Source of the DNA: Kudoa neothunni
Lineage: Eukaryota; Animalia; Cnidaria
Reading direction: 5' to 3'
NCBI GenBank assembly: GCA_964304625.1
Contig: OZ199839.1
Coordinates: 10,387,287 to 10,451,286, forward strand
Length of the DNA stretch: 64,000 nucleotides
Part shown: positions 1 through 14,100 of the stretch, piece by piece
How positions within the stretch are numbered: position 1 is the first letter of the stretch
Layout of the letters: each line of letters begins with the position of its first letter
Notes under the pieces: generated by a model
Told to the model about the DNA's origin: nothing
What the model saw: only the letters and a program-made list of their open reading frames with translations
The model's database searches: none
Program-made: the position numbers and the translations under genes

Positions 1-3000
1 ATTAAATTCTAGAAAAAGAAATTATTTTACTGTCGCAAATATACTGATTATTCAGTCCATTTTGACTGCTGACAATAAAGTTGGTAGGAGTTAGTATTTG
101 AGAGACACTCAACCTAGGACATTCGAGGTTGTTTGAGCAAATATAGCCGCCCCCATGGTAACAGTTATTGTTGATTAGATTACTACCAACATCAACATTG
201 TTTCTAGTGGAATAACTGCAATAGAGCTTATTGTGTTGGATAGTGATTGAATAAATCTGGTTGGTTTGTAGAGCAACTAGTTGGACATAAGGAGGGCTAA
301 ATTCGAATCCTTCTAAATATATGTCCAAGTTAGTAAACACATCAACTAGCAATTAATTGAATACTGGAGGGGATAGAGAACAATTTTAAAATTGGTCTGC
401 CGAAATCTCTGCTTTCATTCAGAATGACATAGAAACTGAAGTCATTGTAGTATTTCAGTTGAACTTCCACATTGACGCACAATGGGATACTTTTGAAACT
501 AACATAGCATTCGCAATTTTTATTCGCAAAATTTCTTTCTCCAATCGAATGAAAAATATAGTCACAAAATTTGGAATGATTTTTTGAATAAGGCACTCTG
601 ACTTTATACTTATTAACTCCGATAGTTTCTAAAGTGATATAATCCGTGTTGATTTCTAAAATTAAAATATGTTATTTAACACAATAACTTCTACTATGCC
701 AACATCAATAAGTAATACCATCTGAGTAAAATTCGCAATGCCAATGTTGGAAATTTTTTCGACCACAAACAAGAAAAGTTTCAAGCGTTTCACTTACCCA
801 AGTAAGCGAGCCTATAGGTGCACTTGGATTCGACTTTAAAATACCATTGAATACAGGAGTTATTATATGAGATGTTATATTGTTGGTACTGATTCCCTTA
901 AGTATGACTATTCTGTCCAATGATCGACCATTCTTAAAAAATATATCTATCTTTTTATCTCTTATTGTCTTTTTCATTTCAACTCGATAAAATATCTTTA
1001 ATTAGAATATAACAACAGAAAATTCAGTAATTTTGTTCAAGTTACTTTGGAATCGAGGGTCAGTGGCTTTATCAATCGTATGGTATTGTTATTTGGACAT
1101 TTCAGTACTAATTTAAAAACCAAGTCCCTTAAAACTAAAATTTTTAGACCGGCGTCTTTATCAATCATAATTCTATTGGTTTGCTGATCTATTTGGATCC
1201 ATTGAGAGCTTTTTTTATCCAAGTAAGTATTTGGTAAGGCGTAGACCATCTTATTACAATATGTGAATATACGATTGTTGACTTTGTGTTTAAAAGTAAT
1301 AGTATCGTCGGCCAGTGAGATTTCAAAGTCGTTTTTATTGTAGCCTAGGTGTAGAAATTAATGAGACCAATTTATTTATCACTCTATTCTTACCAATAAC
1401 TTGCTTATAAATATAATCGTATCCAACCAGTTGTACTGACAAAACAAGATGGCGGTAATTCGCAAATTTAGCAGCAAACGATAAGGTTCTTATATAGAAA
1501 TTTAGACAGGATACAATTGGTGGGCATTCACCAAAATTCCTGCACCCATATAAAAATTCTGAGCGGCTGCCCATCGTAAAACCTTCAAGTTTGAAGTAAC
1601 ATCTGAATCTTGATAAATGATTGAACGTGGTTGCAGTGATAACTATATCATTCCCTTGCCATGAGTGATTCCAATACACTGGCTCATTAGCTAGTCAATT
1701 TATTAAATAACGCCATATATCAATAATAACCAAAATCACCTCTTATTAATCTCACATTTTCCATTATATTATTGTATTTGACAGTGATATTGTATTTGTT
1801 TTTTGCGGCAATCTTGAAAATGGATCTATTGCAACTCGTGTTTTCTTCGCACAATCCCCCACTTGAGGTAGTGCACTGTGAAGTCCGTGTCGTTTGGGGA
1901 TTATTTATTTCATCGTGATCAAGAGATTGTATGTAATAGGAACAAGAAGCCTCAGTCAGATGTGAAAATCGATGTTTGATCTCAATTTCTTCATTATTTG
2001 AGCGTATTGTTACAATTAATTTTCTTTCTAAATTGAACATCAAACACAACTCACACATTATCATAATTTGACCTTTTTTAAAGTTTAGTCTGCGATCGAA
2101 TACGCTGTGATATGCAATTGAAAGATAGTTGTAACGAGAGAGATCCGTAAGAATAACATTTGTCGAGCAATCGTGCAAAAAGGATACCTTGTTCAAGTCG
2201 CTTCGCTCTTCTACACTCTCATACGAATCCAACTCTAACCAACAACTATAACCAGCTAATACAGCTAGATTTGAAACAATTTCAACTCTATCATTGTAGA
2301 AAGTAGGAGAATATTCTAGTTGGTCTAACTCTAAGAAAATTCTGTAATCCACTTCACATGATAGTTAATGTTACTTAGATGAATTAACTTTGCTGCCAAA
2401 ACCTCCAATTTATTAATATAGAAAATAGTTTGGATGGTTTTTTCCAATGGCACCTTCATATTGATACGCCCAAAGCTTAAACTGGTAAATGAGTTGTACT
2501 CGTGGCACTGTTTTATTAGTGTTTCAGTACAGAACAAACGCTCTTCTGACCTGCCGTTTCTCACTGCTCTCACCAAAACATGCACAGCGTTGTTGCTAAC
2601 CTCCTTCGTATCATCAACAAATAATTCCAAATATTTTCCATTTATTTTGTGAGATATGCGCTCTGGAAACTTCTCTACACTCTCAATTAAAAACTATAAC
2701 AATGAAATATTTGGATACCAAATATAAAGTATTTCTCCAGATTTAGTTTTGTTTTTTCAACAATATTGAATGTTAGTTTGTAGTTGGAGCTGAAAGATGA
2801 AAACTCCCACTGATACTCACCACAACTGTTTATTGATGTTTGAGAAGAAGAAGATTTGTCCAGTCGATACTCGATAATCGTAAATTCACACATTTCGTTT
2901 TTAAGGTATGGATTGTTGGAAGAGAGACGAATGTGACGATCATAAGCTACTATTTTCACGTGCTTTTCAACATAAACTAAAAAAGAATTTGTCAGCGTTT

Positions 3001-4910
3001 ATTAATCAAACAAAGTATTTCCAGCCCGACCGCCAAAAAAATATACTGTTGTCGATTTTTGTCCAGTAATTCAACTGACTGATCCATATATAGACTTTGT
3101 AAAGATTTTCGGTGGATAATTTCATAAAATGATCGGAGCATGACTTATAATTTGAAGGAAATGACCCCTCTGTTTGAGCTTCTTCCATATCTCCAATGCT
3201 ATCGTCGTAGGAAGCTGCCGTCAAATACGACGTCTCATTCATATTATGAGTTATAGCGTAATAGACGCATTTCCAGCCCAATTTTGGAGGTATATTTGAC
3301 CATATATTTATTTGTTGATCCTGAAGCTGATAGTTGAAATAGATTTCGCTCCCCGTATCTACAAGTTATTAGTGATGAGGTCATTGTAAGATCAAGATTA
3401 TATTTTTTAATAATGTTACCCCATAATATATTTTTTGTATACATCAAGTTGGAAGCTCGTTTCACATATATCCTATATGATTTTCCAATTTCTCGCTTAA
3501 AATTAAGTTCGCCGCATGTTTTTCTGATCGGTTGTTTACACTCTAGATCATTAATCGTCGAACATGATATCAATTTAATGATTTGGTTGTTTTCGATCTC
3601 TTCCCATCTATATTGTACAACTTCTTCCGCTGAGCACCCGTCAGGTTTCAGACTCACAAAAAATAAACTTTTCTCTACACCAATACTTTCACTGTTTATT
3701 TCTATAATTTTTATTATGTATTACATGATAAAAAAATATTATTTTAATTTTACCTGAGAAAACAAATCTAGAGAAAATCGCCAAATCTTGTTTCACACAC
3801 TTTATCACATATCCATACATGGGATCGTACGAAAATGTTAAACTGTTTGGGGCTGATATCGTAGAATCAATCATTTTAGTATTGAGATCCGGAGAATCCC
3901 CTACTTGTAGTTTTTCCATGTAGCAGTATAAATCAACTCCAAAAGAATAGATAGAATTTATCTGAAGCATCAAAGAATTCATCGACAAATTTATCGGCCA
4001 GGTAGCGACATCGTTTCCTATTCGCAAATAAATGATTAATCAAAGAACTGTTTGAAGGTGGTTTTCATTTAATGGCGAGCAGGTCGGTTAACCCATCTAA
4101 ATAGTTTAGCTATATATCATTACCTAATGGAATATCTATTTCGGCCGACAGATTTATCACTCTAACCGTCATTGTTGTTTGAAGATATTTGGTTGAACTG
4201 ATAAAAAAATCCTTGCATCTCTCAATAAACTCACATCTTTCTGCGGGCTGATCGCATTTGATAGTCTCCTTGTAAGATGAAAATAATTCATTTTTATAGG
4301 GGAATTTTATTTGACACTCTGCGTTAATATTTTTAAACAGCGGCGATGAAAGACGTATGTTATTGTTTTGATCCAATTTCACATCAATTTTCGCTTTCAG
4401 TGGATCTATTTATTAGTTTCAGTTATAATACAATATACTAGTTTGTGCAGATATATATATAGAATATATAAACAAACTACCGCTTTCGACAATAGACGTT
4501 AATGTCTGCTCACAATTGTCCGACCACAACTTCAATTCATACTTTTCCATTCTATCCACCTCATGAACCAAAATTTTACACACGTTGTCGTAACATTTCA
4601 CTCGATTATTTTTTGCATATTTGATTAGACTGTGCAGTTTGTGATTGGTTAGCGTCCACGATGCATTTAAATACGGATAGATGCTTTGATCTGTAGAAAG
4701 GATTGCAACGGACACCTCCAACACATCTGTGTTAAAAATATAACCGTTGGATAGTGTGCAGTGGTTTTGATGTTGGCCTAATGTTAAAGCATTATCTTAT
4801 CTATTTACTATAGGCTGTGTGGAAAAATATCAAATACCTTTTGCTGAATTTGTTAATAACAATAAAACGATAATTTGAAAAATATTAATTCCATATTTGA
4901 CTGATTTCAT
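1..4910 (-). CDS. Large secreted/cell-surface protein made of 14 tandem ~86-105 aa Cys-containing beta-rich modules (Ig/FN3-like architecture suspected); 3' end lies outside the window
   Basis: ATG at 4910 gives MKSVKYGINIFQIIVLLLLTNSAKG, a signal-peptide pattern. Thirteen minus-strand track ORFs join into one open frame via introns 4778-4837, 4406-4480, 4018-4123, 3702-3753, 3359-3419, 2977-3046, 2675-2718, 2331-2374, 2028-2072, 1691-1739, 1345-1393, 996-1045, 656-718 and 346-364 (or GC-AG 346-400). About 1,360 aa lie in the window. The family is not recognised. Confidence 0.8.
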
Positions 4911-6835
4911 ATTATATTTGTTGATAAAGTTCCACAATTCTTTCTGCTAAATTCACAACCAATATTGTAAATTTAGTTGTGTGAATCCTCGCCGTGAACT
5001 CAACAATTTTAATCCTGGTTCAGTTATACCCCAAAATTTGTAAAATATTGATTATTCCTTCGAAATTATATCTGAATATTTATACTACCTTTGCCCTACT
5101 CGATATTTGACCCCATTTAAAATTTGTGATATAACGACCCCTTAAATTTGAAGAGGATTATCAACATATAAAATTTCCATTTTATTTTTGTAACAATTTT
5201 ACCGACTATACTATATGTTAATAACAAAATAAAATTGTGTACAAATATGAAAATTTTAAAATGTCATTATATTCGTTGACAGAATAAATAATTTTACACT
5301 ACTTGAGGATATATCCACTCACAACCGTAGAATAAAATAAATATATTATGCATTCGCTTTCGATAACGACCAGCATACAGAGGTATATTTAAATTCTTTA
5401 GGGTAAAAACTTGTCTGTTATATAGTTAATATGAATTATTTGGATAAAACCATTAATCAAACCCGACCGACCGTCTGTGCATGCGCGTATATACCTTAAT
5501 ATGGTGAACGTTACGTTACTTGAAGATTAAACTGCAACCAATCTGTTAAAACTAAATAAATGCGTTATTTTTCTATCAAATAGCAATTTTTATTCATTCT
5601 TAGCAATATGTCGTTTCAAAACACACCTTTACAGAATCAAAATTGAATAAACCAAAACGTGTGGCGTTTCTTATATGAATGCGAAATGGAATATACAAAT
5701 GAATAGATTGCTGAGTGTGCAGTTGTTCTCAAATCATGGATTAGGCGAATTTTAAAACGAAATAAATAAGTTATTTGTCCAGTCAGTAGAAAATTATGAC
5801 CGCCTATCAAAATTTTTCATTGTGCAAAGAGCATTCATTCAACGTTTAATAGGTGATGATTGCACAACAAATTTTGCGAAAATTGTCTAGAAACTCCTTT
5901 TCCTGACATGTTATAGCGCTTTTTTTTAGATCCAAATGAGATGCTCTTTTATCAATAGATATCAGTTGTAGGAAATAGAAATTCTTCCGAAAATGATAAT
6001 TATTTAATGCCATTATGGAAGGTCCAAATGAAATTATGCCTAAACAATATCTAAATTACTACAACCATTCAGACTTATATTTTAATAGTTTTTCAAACTT
6101 AGATACTATTGATAACTGACAAAATATTTCGACAACAATCTTTTCACTATAGATGGATGGTCATTGTGACCTCAGATTATTCTAATATTTTAAAACAATT
6201 TTTTAAAAATATTACGATATTTTTAATTTAAGTAAATTAATATAATTACAAAATAACCAAATTAAAAAAAACGTTCCTCATCTTTCTTTAGATACTTGTA
6301 AGAATCCTCACTACATGTGAATGTCATGGATTTTATGTGGAGAAATGATGATAACATTAGCGTTTTTGATAATGGAATGCGAACCTTGTATATCTAGATC
6401 ATGGTTTCATAATCAGGAGTAAATTTAAATTAGGTGACACCAAAGTTGGATACGAGAAATTTTTGGGTAATGAGGCTTCTTATGTGCTTAAGTATTTGTA
6501 AGGAGTCATATTATTCAGGGCTATTGAACTCAATTAAACTGTTGTAAGAAATACTTAAAATATTTTAATTATAAGTACTTAACGGTTATATATAAAATTA
6601 TAGTCAGTCCTTTTCTTTTATGACTGGCTCATTTATCTCTTAGAAATGTGTGCTAATAATACTTTAGTAAGTATACAACCCTAAAGTAGATAGAGATTTA
6701 GCTTCCAAGTTAAGAAAATAAATTTAGATTTTTCACCAGGTTCAAGGGCAAATTTGAAAAAAAGGTTGAGGACCATTGGTCTAACTGAATTCTAAAATTG
6801 CCTAGTTATATCATAGTTGGTCGTAATATGTTTAA

Positions 6836-8686
6836 CCCTTTAATGCACTAAAAATCGACTGCACTCCTATGAATACGAATTTTGGGTTAAAAAATTACCA
6901 CTGATTTTTATTTCTCCTTTCGAGCCATAAAAAATATTTGATATCATACACTAAAAATAGGCAAAATCCCAAAGCTAGATTCGGCTGTAAAACAACCAAC
7001 ATCCCCTGTAGTAATTCTCATAATCCTCATAATCCTACGAAAACTGTATTAGGTAAAATCCAACATGACAATTTTCGACTGAGGCCTAATGCTTGAGTAG
7101 ATTTTACATTTGTATCATGTAACAAATATTATAATTATTATTTGCGCGACGAAATAAAATATTTAAAGATAATAAGATTTACAAACACTCAGAATGAATT
7201 TTGCAATGGTGTTTCGTACATCCGAGACAAACAGTAATGGATTTCTTATCAATTTTCCTTTGACAAAATTCGCAACTTGAGCATCATATTCATGAATTTG
7301 GTTTGTTGTGTTGTGTTGTAGAGGAATAGATAAGGAAGAGTTCTTAGGATTTTGGACTTCACGTATATTTCTTTCAACTAATGGAGGGATATGATAATTT
7401 TCAAAAACTTTATCCTAACCATATTATCATCAATGTTTTTTTGTATATGAAAAACACATTTATAAATAATAAATCCATTAAATAAAAAAAGCCATCATTG
7501 GCCGTCATTGCTGATTGTGGATTGAGCCGAATTAATATTTAATTATATGTATGAATATTTTGCAAATTAATAATTTACTCAGAAACTTCAATGTTATGAC
7601 ACAACTTGGTCGATGTGTTGAAAAATTCCCTCATTCGATTGCTTCTGGCGGTTTTGATAATTCTAGAAAAAGAAAAGCGTTTATCAGAGATAATTGAAAT
7701 AAAGATGTGCTATATTTTCCAATGAAACGAAAACTATTTTGCCGATAAACAAAGCTCAAAACGGCGATTATCGATAATTTCAAACAATTGTATTACAGTC
7801 ATTTTTTGATTTTTGAATTAAGCATAACAACTATACCTAGATGAGGTTATATTTTTATGTACGACTATTCATTCACTAAATTAAGAAAAATTAGTCAATG
7901 AGATAATATTTAGCTTGATTTTAAATAAGATGAGCATTTCTTGAAAATTAATAACAAACGTTTGTGATTATAACTTGGCATTGGATATCACCAACATCAG
8001 TCTCTTTTTAACATTCAAGCATTCAGAATTCCAGCTCAAATACTCTTCGTAATAATTCCAAAATGGTTCATGATCATGATAAACTGTGTCATATCGCTAA
8101 TAATGATGAAAAACTCCAAAAACTTGGTCTGAATTAGAGTATATCATGTTAAAATGTGTTTATTTTCACAAATAAACAGCATGTTCTTTTTAGCCTCAAT
8201 TTCTATACTACATGGGTTTTAATAATTCATTATTAAGATGTATGTATAAGTGTAACTTGGCTTTGGTGAACTTTTACTGTAGATATTTTAACTTGAAATA
8301 AAGCATTGTTGCAAGTATAAAATTACCTCTTCAAGTATTCCCTGCAATGAAAATGATTACGATTAATTTCATTTTTTGTGGGTTTGCAATAACTTCAAAT
8401 TTATCCATCAGATAAACCTAAACTTTGATGTATATATAATAAGTACCACTTATCTATCAACTGTTAAGAAAAAAAATCTGGGAATATTCTTTACCCCGAA
8501 AAATCATCGGAGTGCAAACACGTTATAATTTTTTTGATTTTATATTTTCAGCCATAATAATTTGATATCATATATTTCTTATCTTTTTGGAAAAAACTCG
8601 TATCCTATGGAGAGCAAACAAATCACGTATACAACCAATAACTTCTCGTTGGGGTAAAAATTTACTCCAAATTCATTAGAAGGTTT
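6836..8686. mobile_element. Possible decayed piggyBac-like non-autonomous element
   Basis: TTAA-CCCTTTAATG at about 6832 and CATTAGAAGG(T)-TTAA at about 8674-8688 form short imperfect inverted ends. A subterminal direct repeat (agccataa...tttgatatcata) occurs near both ends (about 6923 and 8550). No intact transposase. Confidence 0.35.
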
Positions 8687-8874
8687 AATTGACATTTAAT
8701 ATAAGAATACAAAAATTTGGGGGAAAGTAGAGAATGAGTTAGCTCAAAAGCATTCTATAGCCAACTTGGTTAAGTGAATACAAGACCTGGAAATGGTGCA
8801 CACAGACAAAAATAAAAGAATCAAATAGTTAAACTTTGTCAAAAATATTGGAATTTAAAATATATCCATTCAAT

Positions 8875-10496
<1,622 letters not shown>

Positions 10497-10839
10497 TAGA
10501 ACAATGTGTCGTGCCCCGAACACAGAACGAATAGGAATTAGTGGATTTATTTAAAAACAACGCCAACACCTTTGAATAATCAAATACCTTAGCCAGGTGT
10601 GTGGATGGAATTCTTTAATTAATTAAATTAATTGATTAAATTGTTTAGGAATACGTTGATACTTATCGAATGAGATTGTACATACGAGTTTCGTTTGGTA
10701 AGGAATAATTTTTAAAAAGAAGTTTCACTCTAAGAGATCTATAACGGAATCACATTCATTTGACTGTGTTTGAAAAATTTAATCTGTATGTAATTAAATC
10801 TCTATTAAAAGTAAGCCGAATGTTAAGTATTTAATCAGT

Positions 10840-11150
10840 ATGGGAAATGTCCAATCATCCACACAAACGTAATTTTCCAATCTCTCAAATGAGTTTATCG
10901 ACAATTTAATCTAGGTATAGAAGAAGAGGTTCGAGGGTGGGCCGCTCAAATAATTTAAACCTCGTGTCATATGATGACCTTCGAATTCATCTACTATTTA
11001 ATGTTCATCGAATCTCGGATTATTTCTCAGTAGGTTTAATCCTTTGAACATCGAATTTAATTCAGTGGCTGAAAAATATTTTGTACTATTTAGGTTTAAT
11101 TATGAATAATTTTATAGTCAACTAGCGCTAATGCCAAGCTTTTCCCGCTA
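10840..11150 (+). CDS. Putative small spliced orphan protein with N-myristoylation motif (3' end uncertain)
   Basis: ATG 10840, exon 10840-10868 and a 46-nt GT-AG intron (10869-10914) give MGNVQSSTQTYRRRGSRVGRSNNLNLVSYDDLRIHLLFNVHRISDYFS... Further small GT-AG introns are possible. It lies head-to-head with PDHB and is absent from the ORF track. Confidence 0.4.
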
Positions 11151-14100
11151 CTATTGGATGGAAAATTTTAACTTTTTAATTTTTCTATTTTCATTGATGC
11201 ATTTTAAAACCTGTCATTATTTTTGCAATGTGATTATTTAGATATAAACAGACGTATTTGGGGAAATTAATGAGTATTTTTAAGTTTATTTCACAAATTA
11301 TTATTGACCAAAAATATAATGACTTTAATTTTATGAGCAATTTAATTAACGATTAAAGTTCATTTATTTATTTATTTATTAAACAAAATCATTAAGTAAC
11401 TTAAATAGGACTTTCAGCTCTTATCTAAATCTTACGAGAAAAATTGATGTATACTGTAAGTAACCAATAGTATGCAGTTAAACTGCGCGCGTGGTTATTT
11501 GTATTTGTGTTTTCTTTATTTTTTAACATGAGTAATATAATTAATTTTTAAATTTGAATCACTAAAAATACATTATTAATATTATTTGGTCGAAAATAAT
11601 TTGTAAACTCTGTTTGAACCATACCTTTTGATAAAATATTTATATGCTTTTACATTGGGATAGAATTTATTAAAAGGTCGGTCCTATGGCATTATCAGTA
11701 TTTTTATATATTGACCCTGGAAATTTTAAAATAATTGACCTTAGCGTTTAATTTGGGTACAGCGTATACTGTAAAATGTCTGATGACGAGTATTATTGCG
11801 TTTTTATAAACTTTGGTTACGTCGTATTGAGGAAAGTGTGAACCATCGGTTACCTACTGTTGTTTTATATTTAAAAAAATATATAACCAACCCCCATGCT
11901 TTCTATTTGGAACATGCGCACATGTCGAACTTCGTTTTACCGAAATTGTAATATCTGAAAGGAAAATTATAGATTACAACATTTCCGAATAAACGATGTT
12001 CCATTGTATACAAAAATTAGCACAAATTATGTATACATCGCCCAAAGTGGGAGTTATTCTGTGTTGAAAGTCCCCTGAAACAACAATAATTGTTTTAATT
12101 TCCTCAAGTAAATATTTAGAGATCACTCGCATTATAAATGGAAAATTTAAAATATAATACTTATAACAATATTAAAAAGCATCAACCTAAAATTTATAAA
12201 TAATATATCAACATAAAAAATAATAAAAACATTGTTACTTATTATACCGCTATTTCACGAAAATTCTATTTTTACTACACTTTTATGTTGGATAAAATAC
12301 AGCTTTTAAAAAACTTATCATTTAAAAATTTATTTACGATAATTTTTTTATACAAATTTCAGATGTAATTAATTCAGAATGTTGGTCATATTGTCATGAG
12401 AAAAATTTTGTGATCAAATATTAATCACAAAATGATTATAACTATTTTTTAAATTAAAATAACTTAAACCAAAAATATATAAACTATAAAAAGTGATAAT
12501 CTATTGTAATTTTTATTTAAATGGCTCATAGTCGGTATATCAATTATGATAGAGAAGATAATTTATAATAAGATGTGTAAGATTTAATTAAACGTTCGGG
12601 TCGTATAATTATGCAACGACCCATCCCAAAAAATATTATTAAGGCGTACAATAAATGTAGAAGTTAATGTGTGCACAATAAAATATGTTTTCATTGGTTA
12701 TTGGAAACATAATGTAGATTTCACGCGTGCCGACGATGTTGTATTCGGGATTTGCACCAAAATTAGATGTTTCCATAATTAGCTGAATACTTCCTCTCGG
12801 TATTCTTTTATTTTCTTGCGAACATTCGTGAAAGAATCGACGAAAAAACGATGTGCAGAAAGGTGTTTTTTAGGTGCCACATTCTAGCCTATTACTCGTG
12901 TGGCTCCTCCAATTTTAGCGTTAATAATAGATTATTTTCGTCAGAAATGTCCCGAAAAAATCTTATTTACTCTCCTCATCCGTAGCGAAACAAAATTTTC
13001 TCCCAAATTTTAAAGACAAATTTTTCGTCTAATCTCATACGTGGCGGCGTAATAAACACAATAATTCCCACTATGCATCTGAGGACTAGGGACCTGTACT
13101 AAATGAGATCCCAACGGCTTCCTTAATTTTTAAAAAGTTTTTTAATTAATTCAAGACAAGAGATTACCTCAATAAATGAAAAATTTATACAAATTGGGAA
13201 TGCGCACAAGCCTCTGGATTAATAAAGTATTATCGAATCAACTTTCGTAAATACCCAATCAGTTTTATTTTGAAGAAAACCTCCCTTTTCCAGTTAGTAA
13301 TATAAGAATTTTAATTATTAAAAGATTTTAAAGTATATACTCAATAGAAATAAAAATTAACGATACATTACTTAACAAATAATTATCTCTCGATTTTTAG
13401 AAGTGTATAATTTTTAGTTTTAAAAATTTTCGTGTTTGAGTAAAACAAAAAATATTTTTTGAGGGGTATGTCAAATACCCCGCCCCGGGTAGGAAGGGTT
13501 AACGAAAATTTTCGGATATATTTGTTGTGGCGCTGGGTCGGCAACCGATTTGGCCGGAAGAACCAATTATTGATGTGGGAAAAATTTTTCTACTTCCGGA
13601 GCCGCATATTAAATATAGGCTCGAAAATAAAAATATTTAATTTTGAAGCCATGAATACATACAATTCAGAAAAATTTGGAGAAAATTATCAAATTAGTCT
13701 ATCAATGCGTTTTTCTTTAATGAATTCAACAATTATTTTTATTATTAATATTTTAATACAGGAGGAAATAATAAAAATAAGATAGGTATACACTTGAATT
13801 TTTCTGATTACTTCAAGTAATATTGTAATTTTGTTCTCGATAATTTCCATTATGATGAATTAAAAGTTTTATCATTGACGTCTATACAACAAATATACGG
13901 TATAAAATTTATTTTCTAGTGTATTTTCCTGAATTTAATTATTTCAACAATATTTTATATAGGGTTTTCTTTGTATTAAAACTAAAAACGTTATCTATTA
14001 CAGGAGAATTCTTTTTAAAGGATAATATTTAACAAAAATGTATGCAAAATCATTTTTTTTGAAAAAAAGTCGACTCAAAAAAATTTTAAAACTAGAAAAA

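Noticed and set aside
4018-4123. 27-nt intron (4097-4123) followed by IK*KPP, suggesting TGA=Trp in an FN3 W-x-PP motif
   Set aside because: It would also need a frameshift. A 106-nt phase-1 intron restores frame cleanly and gives a module of normal size.
1-4724. Co-oriented ORF run as a prokaryotic or viral operon, or stop-codon reassignment
   Set aside because: The stops and frame changes between ORFs fall inside splice-consensus introns and one frame results. Conserved genes in the window use the standard code.
5852-8132. Other RTGATGA...CTGA pairs (about 5853-5906 and 8103-8132) as snoRNAs
   Set aside because: No terminal stem and no convincing rRNA-complementary guide.
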